Assembly: GCA_002269645.1 (NCBI GenBank)
Contig: NIVC01000114.1
Coordinates: 124,001-188,000 of the forward strand
Direction: 5' to 3'
Length of the DNA stretch: 64,000 bases
DNA from: Macrostomum lignano
Taxonomy: Eukaryota
The notes below the pieces were generated by a model. It was not told where the DNA came from, did no database searches, and saw only the letters and a list, made by a program, of their open reading frames with translations. Of this stretch, positions 21,825 to 33,741 are shown one piece after another. The number at the start of each line of letters is the position of its first letter. Position 1 is the stretch's first letter. Both the position numbers and the translations under genes were made by a program.

Positions 21825-22848
21825 ATGCGCCAACAAATCAGTGCTGATGAGGCTGCCAAAAATGGGAATATCCAGGCACTCAGACATCATCTGGACCTTC
21901 AGCAAAAGAAAAAGAGATATATATTTTGCAAACAACTTGCTGCAAGAAAGGGTCAGTTGGAAGTCGTCAAGTTTCTCGTGGAGTCAGTCACTGACCAAAC
22001 AAAAAGAAATCAGTGCTGTATTGAAACTGCAGAAATTACTGCCAGTGAGGGTCATTTAGAATTCGTCAAGTTTCTCGAGGAGCCAGTTGCTGATCACACA
22101 AAAAGAGGTCAGTGCAGGATCGAGGCTGCGAAATATTTTGCAATCAAGAGTCCCTTAAAAGTCCACAAGTTCCTCATCTCATGCCGCTCAAGACCGTATG
22201 AGAGAGCGAAACAAGCAAAAAGAGATCAGTGCAGCATCGAGGCTGCTGAATCTGCTGCAAGAAATGGTCACTTAGAAGCCGTCAAGTTTCTCGTGCGGAC
22301 AGTCGCTACACAAACAAAGAGATGACTGCTGCATCAATGCTGCTGAATCTGCTGCCAGAAATGGTCACCTAGAAGTCGTCAGGTTCCTCGTGCCGACAGT
22401 CGCTGACCAAATAAAAAGAGATCACTGCTGCAACAAAACTGCTAAATCTGCTGCAAGAAATGGCCAGTGGGAAGTGGTCAAGTTCCTCATTTCGTGTCTA
22501 TCAAGTCCGGATCAGAGAGCGAATCTCCGTTTCCAATACGCAGTCGCGGCTTGCTCTCGCCTTGACGAAAATGTCGTTTCCTCTCTCGGCCTCAAGCCTG
22601 ACTGGCTCTTCCAATCCAGCACCATCCTCAGCTTCACTGCAGCAATGGCCATCGAAGGCAGGAACTCTGCTCTCACCGACACCCTCTCTCGAATGCAGCC
22701 AGCTCGCATCACACAGCTGCTCCGTCTCTCAGCAGCCAAGCACTGGTTTGCTCAGGTGCAGCTCACGGAAGACAGCAGCCGCTTCAATATTCTCAACTGC
22801 TTTCGGTCATCTGCTTTTACCTACATGTACCCTCCCTCCGATTTTTGA
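21825..22848 (+). pseudogene. Ankyrin-repeat protein with about 7 atypical repeats; one frameshift at about 22317-22320 (pseudogene or assembly error)
   Basis: The motif AARNGHLEVVKFLV...DQTKRDQCCIEAAES recurs. ORF 21825-22325 continues in another frame from 22321 (DDCCINAAESAARNGHLEVVRFL) to the stop at 22848. The shift is a 2-nt shortfall in an A-run. Confidence 0.75.
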
Positions 22849-22987
22849 TACTTCCACCTGAAAGAGCGTTGGAAGTTGATGAAGCTGCAGTTGAAGATGA
22901 ATTTTTAACTCAATCAAGAAATATGTGATGCAACACATTCTAAAACGCAACTGCTGTGAGAACCCTGGCTTCCTTCACGCATTGCAG

Positions 22988-23041
22988 AAGCCCAGAGGCC
23001 CGGCAAGCAGCCGCTCACCGCTTGGATTCGGGCTTCCATCG
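22988..23041 (+). CDS. Candidate 54-nt micro-exon, copy 2
   Basis: The acceptor is cttccttcacgcattgcAG (22986-22987) and the donor GTGAGC (23042). It is homologous to 426-479. Confidence 0.4.
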
Positions 23042-23148
23042 GTGAGCCTGGCCGGTTTGGCTTTCACTGCCGCATTGCGCCTTCCAACAGGCTGGCAGCT
23101 TGGGGCAGAAATTGCAGCGAAACTCAGCAGGGTTGAGATTGGGTTGGA

Positions 23149-26100
23149 CTGAGTGCTGCGGCAGCTGCACTCTCAGCTCTCCTGCTTGAGATGACAGTCT
23201 GAGTGCTGCAGCAGCTGCACTCTCAGATCTTCTGCTTGATATGCCAGTCTGAGTGCTGCAGCAGCTGCACTCTCAGCTCTCCTGCTTGAGATTCCAGTCT
23301 GAGTGCTGCGGCAGCTGCACTCTCAGCTCTCCTGCTTGAGATGCCAGTCTGAGTGCTGCAGCAGCTGCACTCTCAGCTCTCCTGCTTGAGATGCCAGTCT
23401 GAGTGCTGCAGCAGCTGCACTCTCAGCTCTCCTGCTTGAGATGCCAGTCTGAGTGCTGCAGCAGCTGCACTCTCAGCTCTCCTGCTTGAGATGCCAGTCT
23501 GAGTGCTGCAGCAGCTGAATTCTCAGCTCTCCTGCTTGAGATGCCAGTCTGAGTGCTGCAGCAGCTGAATTCTCAGCTCTCCTGCTTGAGATGCCAGTCT
23601 GAGTGCTGCAGCAGCTGAATTCTCAGCTCTCCTGCTTGAGATGCCAGTCTGAGTGCTGCAGCAGCTGAATTCTCAGCTCTCCTGCTTGAGATGCCAGTCT
23701 GAGTGCTGCAGCAGCTGAATTCTCAGCTCTCCTGCTTGAGATGCCAGTCTGAGTGCTGCAGCAGCTGAATTCTCAGCTCTCCTGCTTGAGATGCCAGTCT
23801 GAGTGCTGCAGCAGCTGAATTCTCAGCTCTCCTGCTTGAGATGCCAGTCTGAGTGCTGCAGCAGCTGAATTCTCAGCTCTCCTGCTTGAGATGCCAGTCT
23901 GAGTGCTGCAGCAGCTGAATTCTCAGCTCTCCTGCTTGAGATGCCAGTCTGAGTGCTGCAGCAGCTGAATTCTCAGCTCTCCTGCTTGAGATGCCAGTCT
24001 GAGTGCTGCAGCAGCTGAATTCTCAGCTCTCCTGCTTGAGATGCCAGTCTGAGTGCTGCAGCAGCTGAATTCTCAGCTCTCCTGCTTGAGATGCCAGTCT
24101 GAGTGCTGCAGCAGCTGAATTCTCAGCTCTCCTGCTTGAGATGCCAGTCTGAGTGCTGCAGCAGCTGAATTCTCAGCTCTCCTGCTTGAGATGCCAGTCT
24201 GAGTGCTGCAGCAGCTGAATTCTCAGCTCTCCTGCTTGAGATGCCAGTCTGAGTGCTGCAGCAGCTGAATTCTCAGCTCTCCTGCTTGAGATGCCAGTCT
24301 GAGTGCTGCAGCAGCTGAATTCTCAGCTCTCCTGCTTGAGATGCCAGTCTGAGTGCTGCAGCAGCTGAATTCTCAGCTCTCCTGCTTGAGATGACAGTCT
24401 GAGTGCTGCAGCAGCTGCACTCTCAGCTCTCCTGCTTGAGATGCCAGTCTGAGTGCTGCAGCAGCTGAATTCTCAGCTCTCCTGCTTGAGATGCCAGTCT
24501 GAGTGCTGCAGCAGCTGAATTCTCAGCTCTCCTGCTTGAGATGCCAGTCTGAGTGCTGCAGCAGCTGCACTCTCAGCTCTCCTGCTTGAGATGCCAGTCT
24601 GAGTGCTGCAGCAGCTGCACTCTCAGCTCTCCTGCTTGAGATGCCAGTCTGAGTGCTGCAGCAGCTGCACTCTCAGCTCTCCTGCTTGAGATGCCAGTCT
24701 GAGTGCTGCAGCAGCTGCACTCTCAGCTCTCCTGCTTGAGATGCCAGTCTGAGTGCTGCAGCAGCTGCACTCTCAGCTCTCCTGCTTGAGATGCCAGTCT
24801 GAGTGCTGCAGCAGCTGCACTCTCAGCTCTCCTGCTTGAGATGCCAGTCTGAGTGCTGCAGCAGCTGCACTCTCAGCTCTCCTGCTTGAGATGCCAGTCT
24901 GAGTGCTGCAGCAGCTGCACTCTCAGCTCTCCTGCTTGAGATGCCAGTCTGAGTGCTGCAGCAGCTGCACTCTCAGCTCTCCTGCTTGAGATGCCAGTCT
25001 GAGTGCTGCAGCAGCTGCACTCTCAGCTCTCCTGCTTGAGATGCCAGTCTGAGTGCTGCAGCAGCTGAATTCTCAGCTCTCCTGCTTGAGATGCCAGTCT
25101 GAGTGCTGCAGCAGCTGAATTCTCAGCTCTCCTGCTTGAGATGCCAGTCTGAGTGCTGCAGCAGCTGAATTCTCAGCTCTCCTGCTTGAGATGCCAGTCT
25201 GAGTGCTGCAGCAGCTGAATTCTCAGCTCTCCTGCTTGAGATGCCAGTCTGAGTGCTGCAGCAGCTGAATTCTCAGCTCTCCTGCTTGAGATGACAGTCT
25301 GAGTGCTGCAGCAGCTGCACTCTCAGCTCTCCTGCTTGAGATGCCAGTCTGAGTGCTGCAGCAGCTGCACTCTCAGCTCTCCTGCTTGAGATGCCAGTCT
25401 GAGTGCTGCAGCAGCTGAATTCTCAGCTCTCCTGCTTGAGATGCCAGTCTGAGTGCTGCAGCAGCTGAATTCTCAGCTCTCCTGCTTGAGATGCCAGTCT
25501 GAGTGCTGCAGCAGCTGAATTCTCAGCTCTCCTGCTTGAGATGCCAGTCTGAGTGCTGCAGCAGCTGAATTCTCAGCTCTCCTGCTTGAGATGCCAGTCT
25601 GAGTGCTGCAGCAGCTGAATTCTCAGCTCTCCTGCTTGAGATGCCAGTCTGAGTGCTGCAGCAGCTGAATTCTCAGCTCTCCTGCTTGAGATGCCAGTCT
25701 GAGTGCTGCAGCAGCTGAATTCTCAGCTCTCCTGCTTGAGATGCCAGTCTGAGTGCTGCAGCAGCTGAATTCTCAGCTCTCCTGCTTGAGATGCCAGTCT
25801 GAGTGCTGCAGCAGCTGAATTCTCAGCTCTCCTGCTTGAGATGCCAGTCTGAGTGCTGCAGCAGCTGAATTCTCAGCTCTCCTGCTTGAGATGCCAGTCT
25901 GAGTGCTGCAGCAGCTGAATTCTCAGCTCTCCTGCTTGAGATGCCAGTCTGAGTGCTGCAGCAGCTGAATTCTCAGCTCTCCTGCTTGAGATGCCAGTCT
26001 GAGTGCTGCAGCAGCTGAATTCTCAGCTCTCCTGCTTGAGATGCCAGTCTGAGTGCTGCAGCAGCTGAATTCTCAGCTCTCCTGCTTGAGATGACAGTCT

Positions 26101-26888
26101 GAGTGCTGCAGCAGCTGCACTCTCAGCTCTCCTGCTTGAGATGCCAGTCTGAGTGCTGCAGCAGCTGCACTCTCAGCTCTCCTGCTTGAGATGACAGTCT
26201 GAGTGCTGCAGCAGCTGCACTCTCAGCTCTCCTGCTTGAGATGACAGTCTGAGTGCTGCAGCAGCTGCACTCTCAGCTCTCCTGCTTGAGATGACAGTCT
26301 GAGTGCTGCAGCAGCTGCACTCTCAGCTCTCCTGCTTGAGATGCCAGTCTGAGTGCTGCAGCAGCTGCACTCTCAGCTCTCCTGCTTGAGATGCCAGTCT
26401 GAGTGCTGCAGCAGCTGCACTCTCAGCTCTCCTGCTTGAGATGCCAGTCTGAGTGCTGCAGCAGCTGCACTCTCAGCTCTCCTGCTTGAGATGCCAGTCT
26501 GAGTGCTGCAGCAGCTGCACTCTCAGCTCTCCTGCTTGAGATGCCAGTCTGAGTGCTGCAGCAGCTGCACTCTCAGCTCTCCTGCTTGAGATGCCAGTCT
26601 GAGTGCTGCAGCAGCTGCACTCTCAGCTCTCCTGCTTGAGATGCCAGTCTGAGTGCTGCAGCAGCTGCACTCTCAGCTCTCCTGCTTGAGATGCCAGTCT
26701 GAGTGCTGCAGCAGCTGCACTCTCAGCTCTCCTGCTTGAGATGCCAGTCTGAGTGCTGCAGCAGCTGCACTCTCAGCTCTCCTGCTTGAGATGCCAGTCT
26801 GAGTGCTGCAGCAGCTGCACTCTCAGCTCTCCTGCTTGAGATGCCAGTCTGAGTGCTGCAGCAGCTGCACTCTCAGCTCTCCTGCTTG
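23149..26888. repeat. 50-bp tandem array, about 75 units, with blocks of two variants (gctgCACtctc vs gctgAATtctc)
   Basis: The 50-nt periodicity is directly visible, with no spacers. Confidence 0.97.
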
Positions 26889-26950
26889 TTCTGTCCATCC
26901 AATTCTGAGCAAATCACCCACACGCATCTGGGATCATTCCAGGCTCTCAG

Positions 26951-29480
26951 GCGACTACCAGCAACGCAGGCGCCTGAGCGAGGAGCTGCATCGACTGCTC
27001 AGCGATGCGGGATTCACCGAGCAGAGAGCAAAGTGTCAGCAGATGCTGGCTGACTGGCTGGAAGAAGTCGCTCGAGTCCTCACACAGGATGGCAGGCGGA
27101 TGACGGGCAGCTACGCAGAGGGCTGGGCCAACAGTCTGGTGCAAGTGAACGGCAGGACAGCTGCAGACTCGGACATTGACTGGACTGTGCTGGTTGCTGG
27201 GCAGCAGTTCCATCTCAAAGGAGGCTGCAAAAGAAGAAAGGCCGCATGCAGAGGCGCCACTCGGCTGCAGGTCACGGAGGGCCACGCACAGGTGGCAGTG
27301 GGAGCAGGTGAGTGAGGCTGGGTTCATCATCAGAATGCTGAGATCCGCATGCAACTGGAAGCCCATTAACTTTGCTCAATTTCTAAATTCGCAACCGTGT
27401 GGCGCCCAGCCTCCAGCAGCTTCTGTGACTGCGAATGTCGGTTTGGGTGCTGAAACAAGCGGCAGGCGAAATTGAAAAGAAAACTCTGATGCCGACTGGC
27501 TGAGCCGGGCCATTGGGTTTTGAATTCACAGGCTCCGATTGCAGCAGAGTGGGTGCAGCGGTGCTTGGGTGACCCACGGTAGGCGGGATGGCTCTGCTGA
27601 GGTGCTGCTGCTCTCACTTGGAAATTTCAAACAAAATGAACCGAAGCCGCCCTGACTGCTGATTGGTGCCTTGCAGCGGGGCACTGAGTCCTGATGATGC
27701 TTGAGCATTTGGAAAGAGCTAATTGAAAAAAATATGTTCTGCCTCTTCTGGCCGCAAATTTAATTGAAGCGTTAAAAGCAGTCGAGAGAAAATATTTTAG
27801 TTTTAAGTGATATTGGAATTGAAACTGAAATTTCAATTGGTAAGAAAACTCTGATGCCAACTGGAATCATTGGACCGGGCCATTGGGTTTTGAATCCTGA
27901 GGATGCTTGAGCAGATGTGATGAGCTGCTACCTGATGAAGCCAGAACAGCTGAAGCTGAAGCTGGACACACGCAGTGGGTGCAGAGGCTCCTGCCTCACA
28001 GGAGCATATATTTAACTACTAAAGCTGTGTATATTTCGCATTAGCGCATGGGTATATTTCCAGTTTTAAGAAATACCCATCTTCTTCACTTGTCACAAAG
28101 CGACTCTCCGCTCACTGCGCTCTGCAGGCAGCCAACCTGCTCAATGGAAGCTGAAATTATGTTCACCTCGTTCGGGCGACCAGACCGAGCTCGACCAACG
28201 AGCTCAGAGTGAGCTTCAGCTTCCAAGAGAAAGACATCATGAGACGGCTGAGCACAGTCCAGGGCCAGCTGTTCACACTCATCAAGTTCATCTTCAAGAG
28301 ACACTTGCCGCTCACTCTGGACACACCTGGACTCAAGACCTACCATGCAAAGACTCTGCTCTTCACAATGCTGGAGAAGCCTGGCAGATATAGTTGGTGT
28401 TCTTGGCAGCCCCACAATCTGATCGCTTTGCTCAAGGAGTCTCTCGACATGAGGCTGAGATTCATGAGGTCGAGCAGCTCGCCCGATGAGTGCATGCCGC
28501 ACTTCTTCATGCCCGACGCTCCGCTCTACTTCAAGAACGCTGGAATCGGCGGCGACTTCGACAACACGAAGGCGAGGGTTCGAGACCGACTTTGTGAGCT
28601 GAGAAGCGACATCGGCGGAGTGGTCGAGCAGCTGAGGAGACTCGTGAGACCTCTGCAATCAGAGAAGTTCTAATTTCACCCGTTCACTCTGCTACCTCTG
28701 TCAGCGCCGCCTGCTGTCACGGAGATCAGAGAAGGCAGTGAAGAACTAGAAATGTACTACAAGTTCACAGACGTGTACAGTGTGGTGCACCGGTGTGTGA
28801 GCGAGCTGCAGTCGGAATCGAGCGACAGAGACACCCTGATGAGACATCTCGGCCTCCTGCATGAGCTGCAGTGGTGCAAGTGCGTCGCCCTGTGCATGAC
28901 CGCCATGGCGCATTTGAAGTTCGCAGAATCTGAGGAGGCTGAGAGACTCGCGATGGAGCTGCAGAGACATCAGGTTCAGTCAGGGTTGAAGCCACAGGAT
29001 ATTCGTCACCGAGGGTCTGTACATGGCCCAACTGAATTGCCAGAAGACTCAGACTGGGCGTGGAGGTTCTGCCTCCCCTGCGACTCTCCGCCTCGCTTCC
29101 CATTCCTTTCCGAGTTCACGCAGACTCTGTTCACAGCCAGACTGTCGCAGCCTCTCTCCTCCCACCTGTACGTGAACTTCTGCTGCCTGAGCTGGAGTCT
29201 CCAAGCTGAGCTGCTCCGCAATCGCGCACCTGCAATCGCATTCGATCATTGGATTGAACAGCTGCTTGGAGACCCGGACTTGGAGGAGCTGCTCACTCTG
29301 GCTCACTACAGCGACTGCCGCGAGCACATGGAGCTCAGCCTGCAGCAGATGGAGATGATCGAGAAAGAGAGACGCGTCGCCATGGAGACGCAGGACGAGG
29401 AGAAGATCGGCAGGGTCAGGCGGAAGCTGGAGAGACTTAATGCAGCAGCCGGAGTCCTCAAAGTCGAGTCGCATAGTTGA
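26951..29480 (+). pseudogene. cGLR (Mab-21 NTase) copy 2, disrupted: exons 26951-27307 and 28128-29480
   Basis: It has the same splice sites as copy 1 (donor 27308, acceptor 28126-28127), and TGSYAEG...DSDID is intact. 118 nt of copy 1 (5813-5930, containing QDTCH) is replaced by 20 nt (28141-28160), causing a frameshift. A premature TAA lies at 28671-28673. Confidence 0.85.
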
Positions 29481-29938
29481 GGTCGGAAAAGGAAGGCTGA
29501 GGCAGACTGACGACTGTCTTGTGCGGTTATCGATGCTGACACAATTTCATGTACTTTGGGTTTGTTCAATCAAACTGTTTATTCTGATGCATGCTGGCTT
29601 GATGAGGGATCTGCGTTTTCTGCCTATTTCTGTGTATTTTAGCTATTGAAAGGCTACTTTGATCTGTCTGAGCAGCCCTCATGCTATGTACAAATGTACA
29701 AATGTACAAAAACTGCAGTTTTGTACATTTTTGCTGCAATTCAATTTATTGCACTGCATGCTAAATTTGTATTTTTGTTTTTTCCTTCAAACCGCGTGTC
29801 TGCTTTGATGCGGGCTTTTCTCTGTGATTTTGTTCTGCGGACTTCAATATCCAATTGCCAATGCTGTTCAATGGATATTCAAGCCAAATGCACAGGTAGC
29901 AGCTACGAGCGTATCTGCAGGAACCTGGAAAATTCAGA

Positions 29939-30009
29939 GGTCGGCTGGGTCAGGGAGAAGCTGGAGAGACTTGATGCAGCAGATTGAATTGAACTTGTAA
30001 TTTTGTAAG
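29939..30009 (+). pseudogene. 3' relic of a third cGLR copy (last codons plus start of 3' flank)
   Basis: gtcagggagaagctggagagacttgatgcagcagattgaattgaacttgtaattttgtaagc matches 7197-7259 of copy 1 (VREKLERLDAAD* vs VRRKLERLDAAA*). Confidence 0.7.
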
Positions 30010-30226
30010 CCCCTCTGGCCCCTCTGGCGCGTATAGTTTAAGACATTTCAGTGTAAATAATTCAGATAAATAATCCAAACTAATTTTTTTGGTTAAAATT
30101 ATTGCCTACATTCTCCTGGATTATTTAAGCACCTGATCTCAGAATCATGTCAATCAGTCTGCAAATCTGCAAATCGATTTCATTATGTACTTTCATCGTG
30201 TGCTTATGTACCCTTCAGCAACTGGA

Positions 30227-30536
30227 AGCCTGACAGCTCCCTCATGAACATTCAGTGACTGACAGCCTGACAGCTCCCTCATGAACATTCAGTGACTGAC
30301 AGCCTGATAGCTTCCTCATGAACATTCAGTGACTGACAGCCTGACAGCTCCCTCATGAACATTCAGTGACTGACAGCCTGACAGCTCCCTCATGAACATT
30401 CAGTGACTGACAGCCTGACAGCTCCCTCATGAACATTCAGTGACTGACAGCCTGACAGCTCCCTCATGAACATTCAGTGACTGACAGCCTGACAGCTCCC
30501 TCATGAACATTCAGTGACTGACAGCCTGACAGCTCC
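30227..30536. repeat. 37-bp minisatellite, about 8 units (gacagctccctcatgaacattcagtgactgacagcct)
   Basis: The units are directly visible. Confidence 0.95.
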
Positions 30537-30805
30537 TGACAATTCGCGTACGCACACAACAGCCTGCCACTCGCTCTCAGTGCCAGCTCTGGTGCTCTGC
30601 TAGGGTGGCTTGAATGGCCTTGAAATGCCAGCCTTGCTTTGCAGATTTGCCTCATAAAATTCACTTGATGGAGATGAGCGTGCGTTTCAGCTGCCAGGTT
30701 GATTAAGTAAGACAACCTTAAAATATAAAGTAAATTACAGAAATAAAATAACTTAAGGGTTCGAGTCCGGGACCGAGCAGTGGGGATGCAGTGAGTATCT
30801 GAGGT

Positions 30806-31945
30806 GGGCACTAAGACAGGCACTAATACAGGCACTAAGACAGGCACTAATACAGGCACTAATACAGGCACTAATACAGGCACTAATACAGACACTAATA
30901 CAGACACTAATACAGGCACTAATACAGGCACTAATCAGGCACTAATACAGACACTAATACAGACACTAATACAGGCACTAATACAGACACTAATACAGGC
31001 ACTAATACAGGCACTAATACAGGCACTAATACAGGCACTGATACAGGCACTAATACAGGCACTAATACAGGCACTAAGACAGGCACTAATACAGGCACTA
31101 ATACACACACTAATCAGGCACTAATACAGACACTAATACAGGCACTAGTACAGGCACTAATACAGGCACTACTACAGGCACTAATACAGGCACTGATACA
31201 GACACTAATACAGACACTAATACAGGCACTAATACAGGCACTAATACAGGCTCTAATACAGGCACTAAGACAGAGACTAATACAGGCACTAATACAGGCA
31301 CTAATACAGGCACTAATACAGGCACTAATACAGACACTAATACAGACACTAATACAGGCACTAATACAGGCACTAATCAGGCACTAATACAGACACTAAT
31401 ACAGACACTAATACAGGCACTAATACAGACACTAATACAGGCACTAATACAGGCACTAATACAGGCACTAATACAGGCACTGATACAGGCACTAATACAG
31501 GCACTAATACAGGCACTAATACAGGCACTAATACAGGCACTAATACACACACTAATCAGGCACTAATACAGGCACTAATACAGGCACTAGTACAGGCACT
31601 AATACAGGCACTAATACAGGCACTGATACAGACACTAATACAGACACTAATACAGGCACTAATACAGGCACTAATACAGGCTCTAATACAGGCACTAAGA
31701 CAGAGACTAATACAGGCACTAATACAGGCACTAATACAGGCACTAATACAGGCACTAATACAGGCACTAATACAGGCACTAATACAGGCACTAATACAGG
31801 CACTAATACAGGCACTAATACACACACTAATACAGGCACTAATACAGGCACTAATACAGGCACTGATCAGGCACTATTACAGGCACTAATACAGACACTA
31901 ATACAGGCACTGATCAGGCACTATTACAGGCACTAATACAGACAC
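30806..31945. repeat. 12-bp minisatellite (ggcactaataca)
   Basis: The units are directly visible. Confidence 0.95.
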
Positions 31946-32744
31946 CGGGACAGACCAAAGTAAATTTAAAGTGCCAGAATGCTTCAGGCATTTCTCTATC
32001 CAGCTTAACTTAATCAAAATCTCAGCTCACCTACATTTACCTATATAGCGGAGCAAGTTAAAATGAAAAGAAATTTTACTTTTAACTGCCTAGTAGACTC
32101 AAAATAGGGCGGAACTTTGAACCCTGCTAAGACAGCAGAGATTCTTTATCGGTTCAGTGAGCCACTGGCTTCTCAAAGCTCATGCATTATTGATCAACGA
32201 ATCAGTTTAAACACTGCGCATGTCAGCACAGCGCACCCAGAACTGCCTCCCAAGCTCAGAAAGGCTGCTCACCATGCAGCCGACCCTCAGCTACAGACAG
32301 CAGCGCAAAGTCACTCGTCACTCGTCCAGTTCGGCCACTGTCCGAGTGAACAGCCGGGACATTCTGCTGCCAATTCTATCCACCAGTTTGCCGATTCCAC
32401 CGAAACGTCAGCGAGTTGACAGGCTGCCGGATGTTGCTCAGCCTCCACCGACACCTCCGCCACAGCCTCATCAGTCTCAGCAGCCTCCGCCACCATCGAC
32501 GCCATCGCCGCCCCCGGCACTGCAGCAGACTCTGTCGGTTCGCGACTGGGTCAGACTGGATGCCGACTCGTCCATGGAAGTCCGCATGGAGCTCAGCAGG
32601 AGGGTTGAACCGCCAGCTGCCATGTCAGTTGAGCCAGCCTCCAACTGTGCTTCATCAACTGCCACCGACACGTCTGAGAATCGGCGGCTTGAGCAGCGAC
32701 TCAGACTGACAGTGAGACAGCTCACTTTGAGGTCAACCTGCGAT

Positions 32745-33073
32745 TGACTGACTGACTGACTGACTGACTGACTGACTGACTGACTGACTGAGTGACTGAC
32801 TGCCTGACTGACTGACTGACTGACTGACTGACTGACTGACTGACTGACTGACTGACTGACTGACTGACTGACTGACTGACTGACTGACTGACTGACTGAC
32901 TGACTGACTGACTGACTGACTGACTGACTGACTGACTGACTGACTGACTGACTGACTGACTGACTGACTGACTGACTGACTGACTGACTGACTGACTGAC
33001 TGACTGACTGACTGACTGACTGACTGACTGACTGACTGACTGACTGACTGACTGACTGACTGACTCACTGACT
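32745..33073. repeat. (GACT)n microsatellite
   Basis: The repeat is directly visible. Confidence 0.98.
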
Positions 33074-33741
33074 GAGAGAATGAATGAGTCATCAAGTGAG
33101 TGAGCAGAGTGACTCTCTAGTCAAAAAAGTTATCCAGTAAGAATGAAAAGTCACAATACGATGTTGTATAATTCCAAAAATGACTTTCATTTATTAAAAT
33201 TCTTTTAATTGATAATAAAAATTCAGGCTTTTCTACTTTCGTCAGTAGAGTGTTCAGAACCTTATTGTTAATTTTTAGGAAAACTTGACAAAAAATATTG
33301 AATTAAAATTTAAATTCAGCACGGAAAAAAGCATCAGAGCGAGAGGCTGGGATCAGTGGAAGCTGCTGCTACATCTGATAAAAATGAACAAAAACGACAC
33401 ACGAAAGGGGGTCTGTACGATAGCTTTTGATACAGATTGCGGATCAGCTTTGTGGATCAAACAGATCTCGTGAGCTCATATTATTGGCGATTTTTCCGCG
33501 TGGTTACAAAGGAGAAATATTGGCATTAAAAACCGCTTTATGTAGCGAAAAAAGCAATTGAAAAAAGATAAAAGTATGGTTATGAATGCCAGTTGCAGTC
33601 CAGTGGGTGGCAACAATATAATCGGCATCTGCAGATCTCTTTCTCTGTCTCTTTCTATAAAAAGCTCAAAAATATAAATGCTACACTAAAAATTATAAAT
33701 TTGCAATTCAGTTTATTCTTTCATGCAGATTGAAGAAAGAT

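Noticed and set aside
23149-26888. CRISPR-like array (long regular repeat next to a nucleotidyltransferase, superficially like prokaryotic defence loci)
   Set aside because: The units are head-to-tail with no unique spacers and there are no cas genes. The context is spliced eukaryotic DNA.
32220-32747. 175-aa Pro-rich ORF with a PPKRQRV NLS-like motif
   Set aside because: It is low complexity with no recognisable domain and no confident splice structure. It could be an exon but is unsupported.
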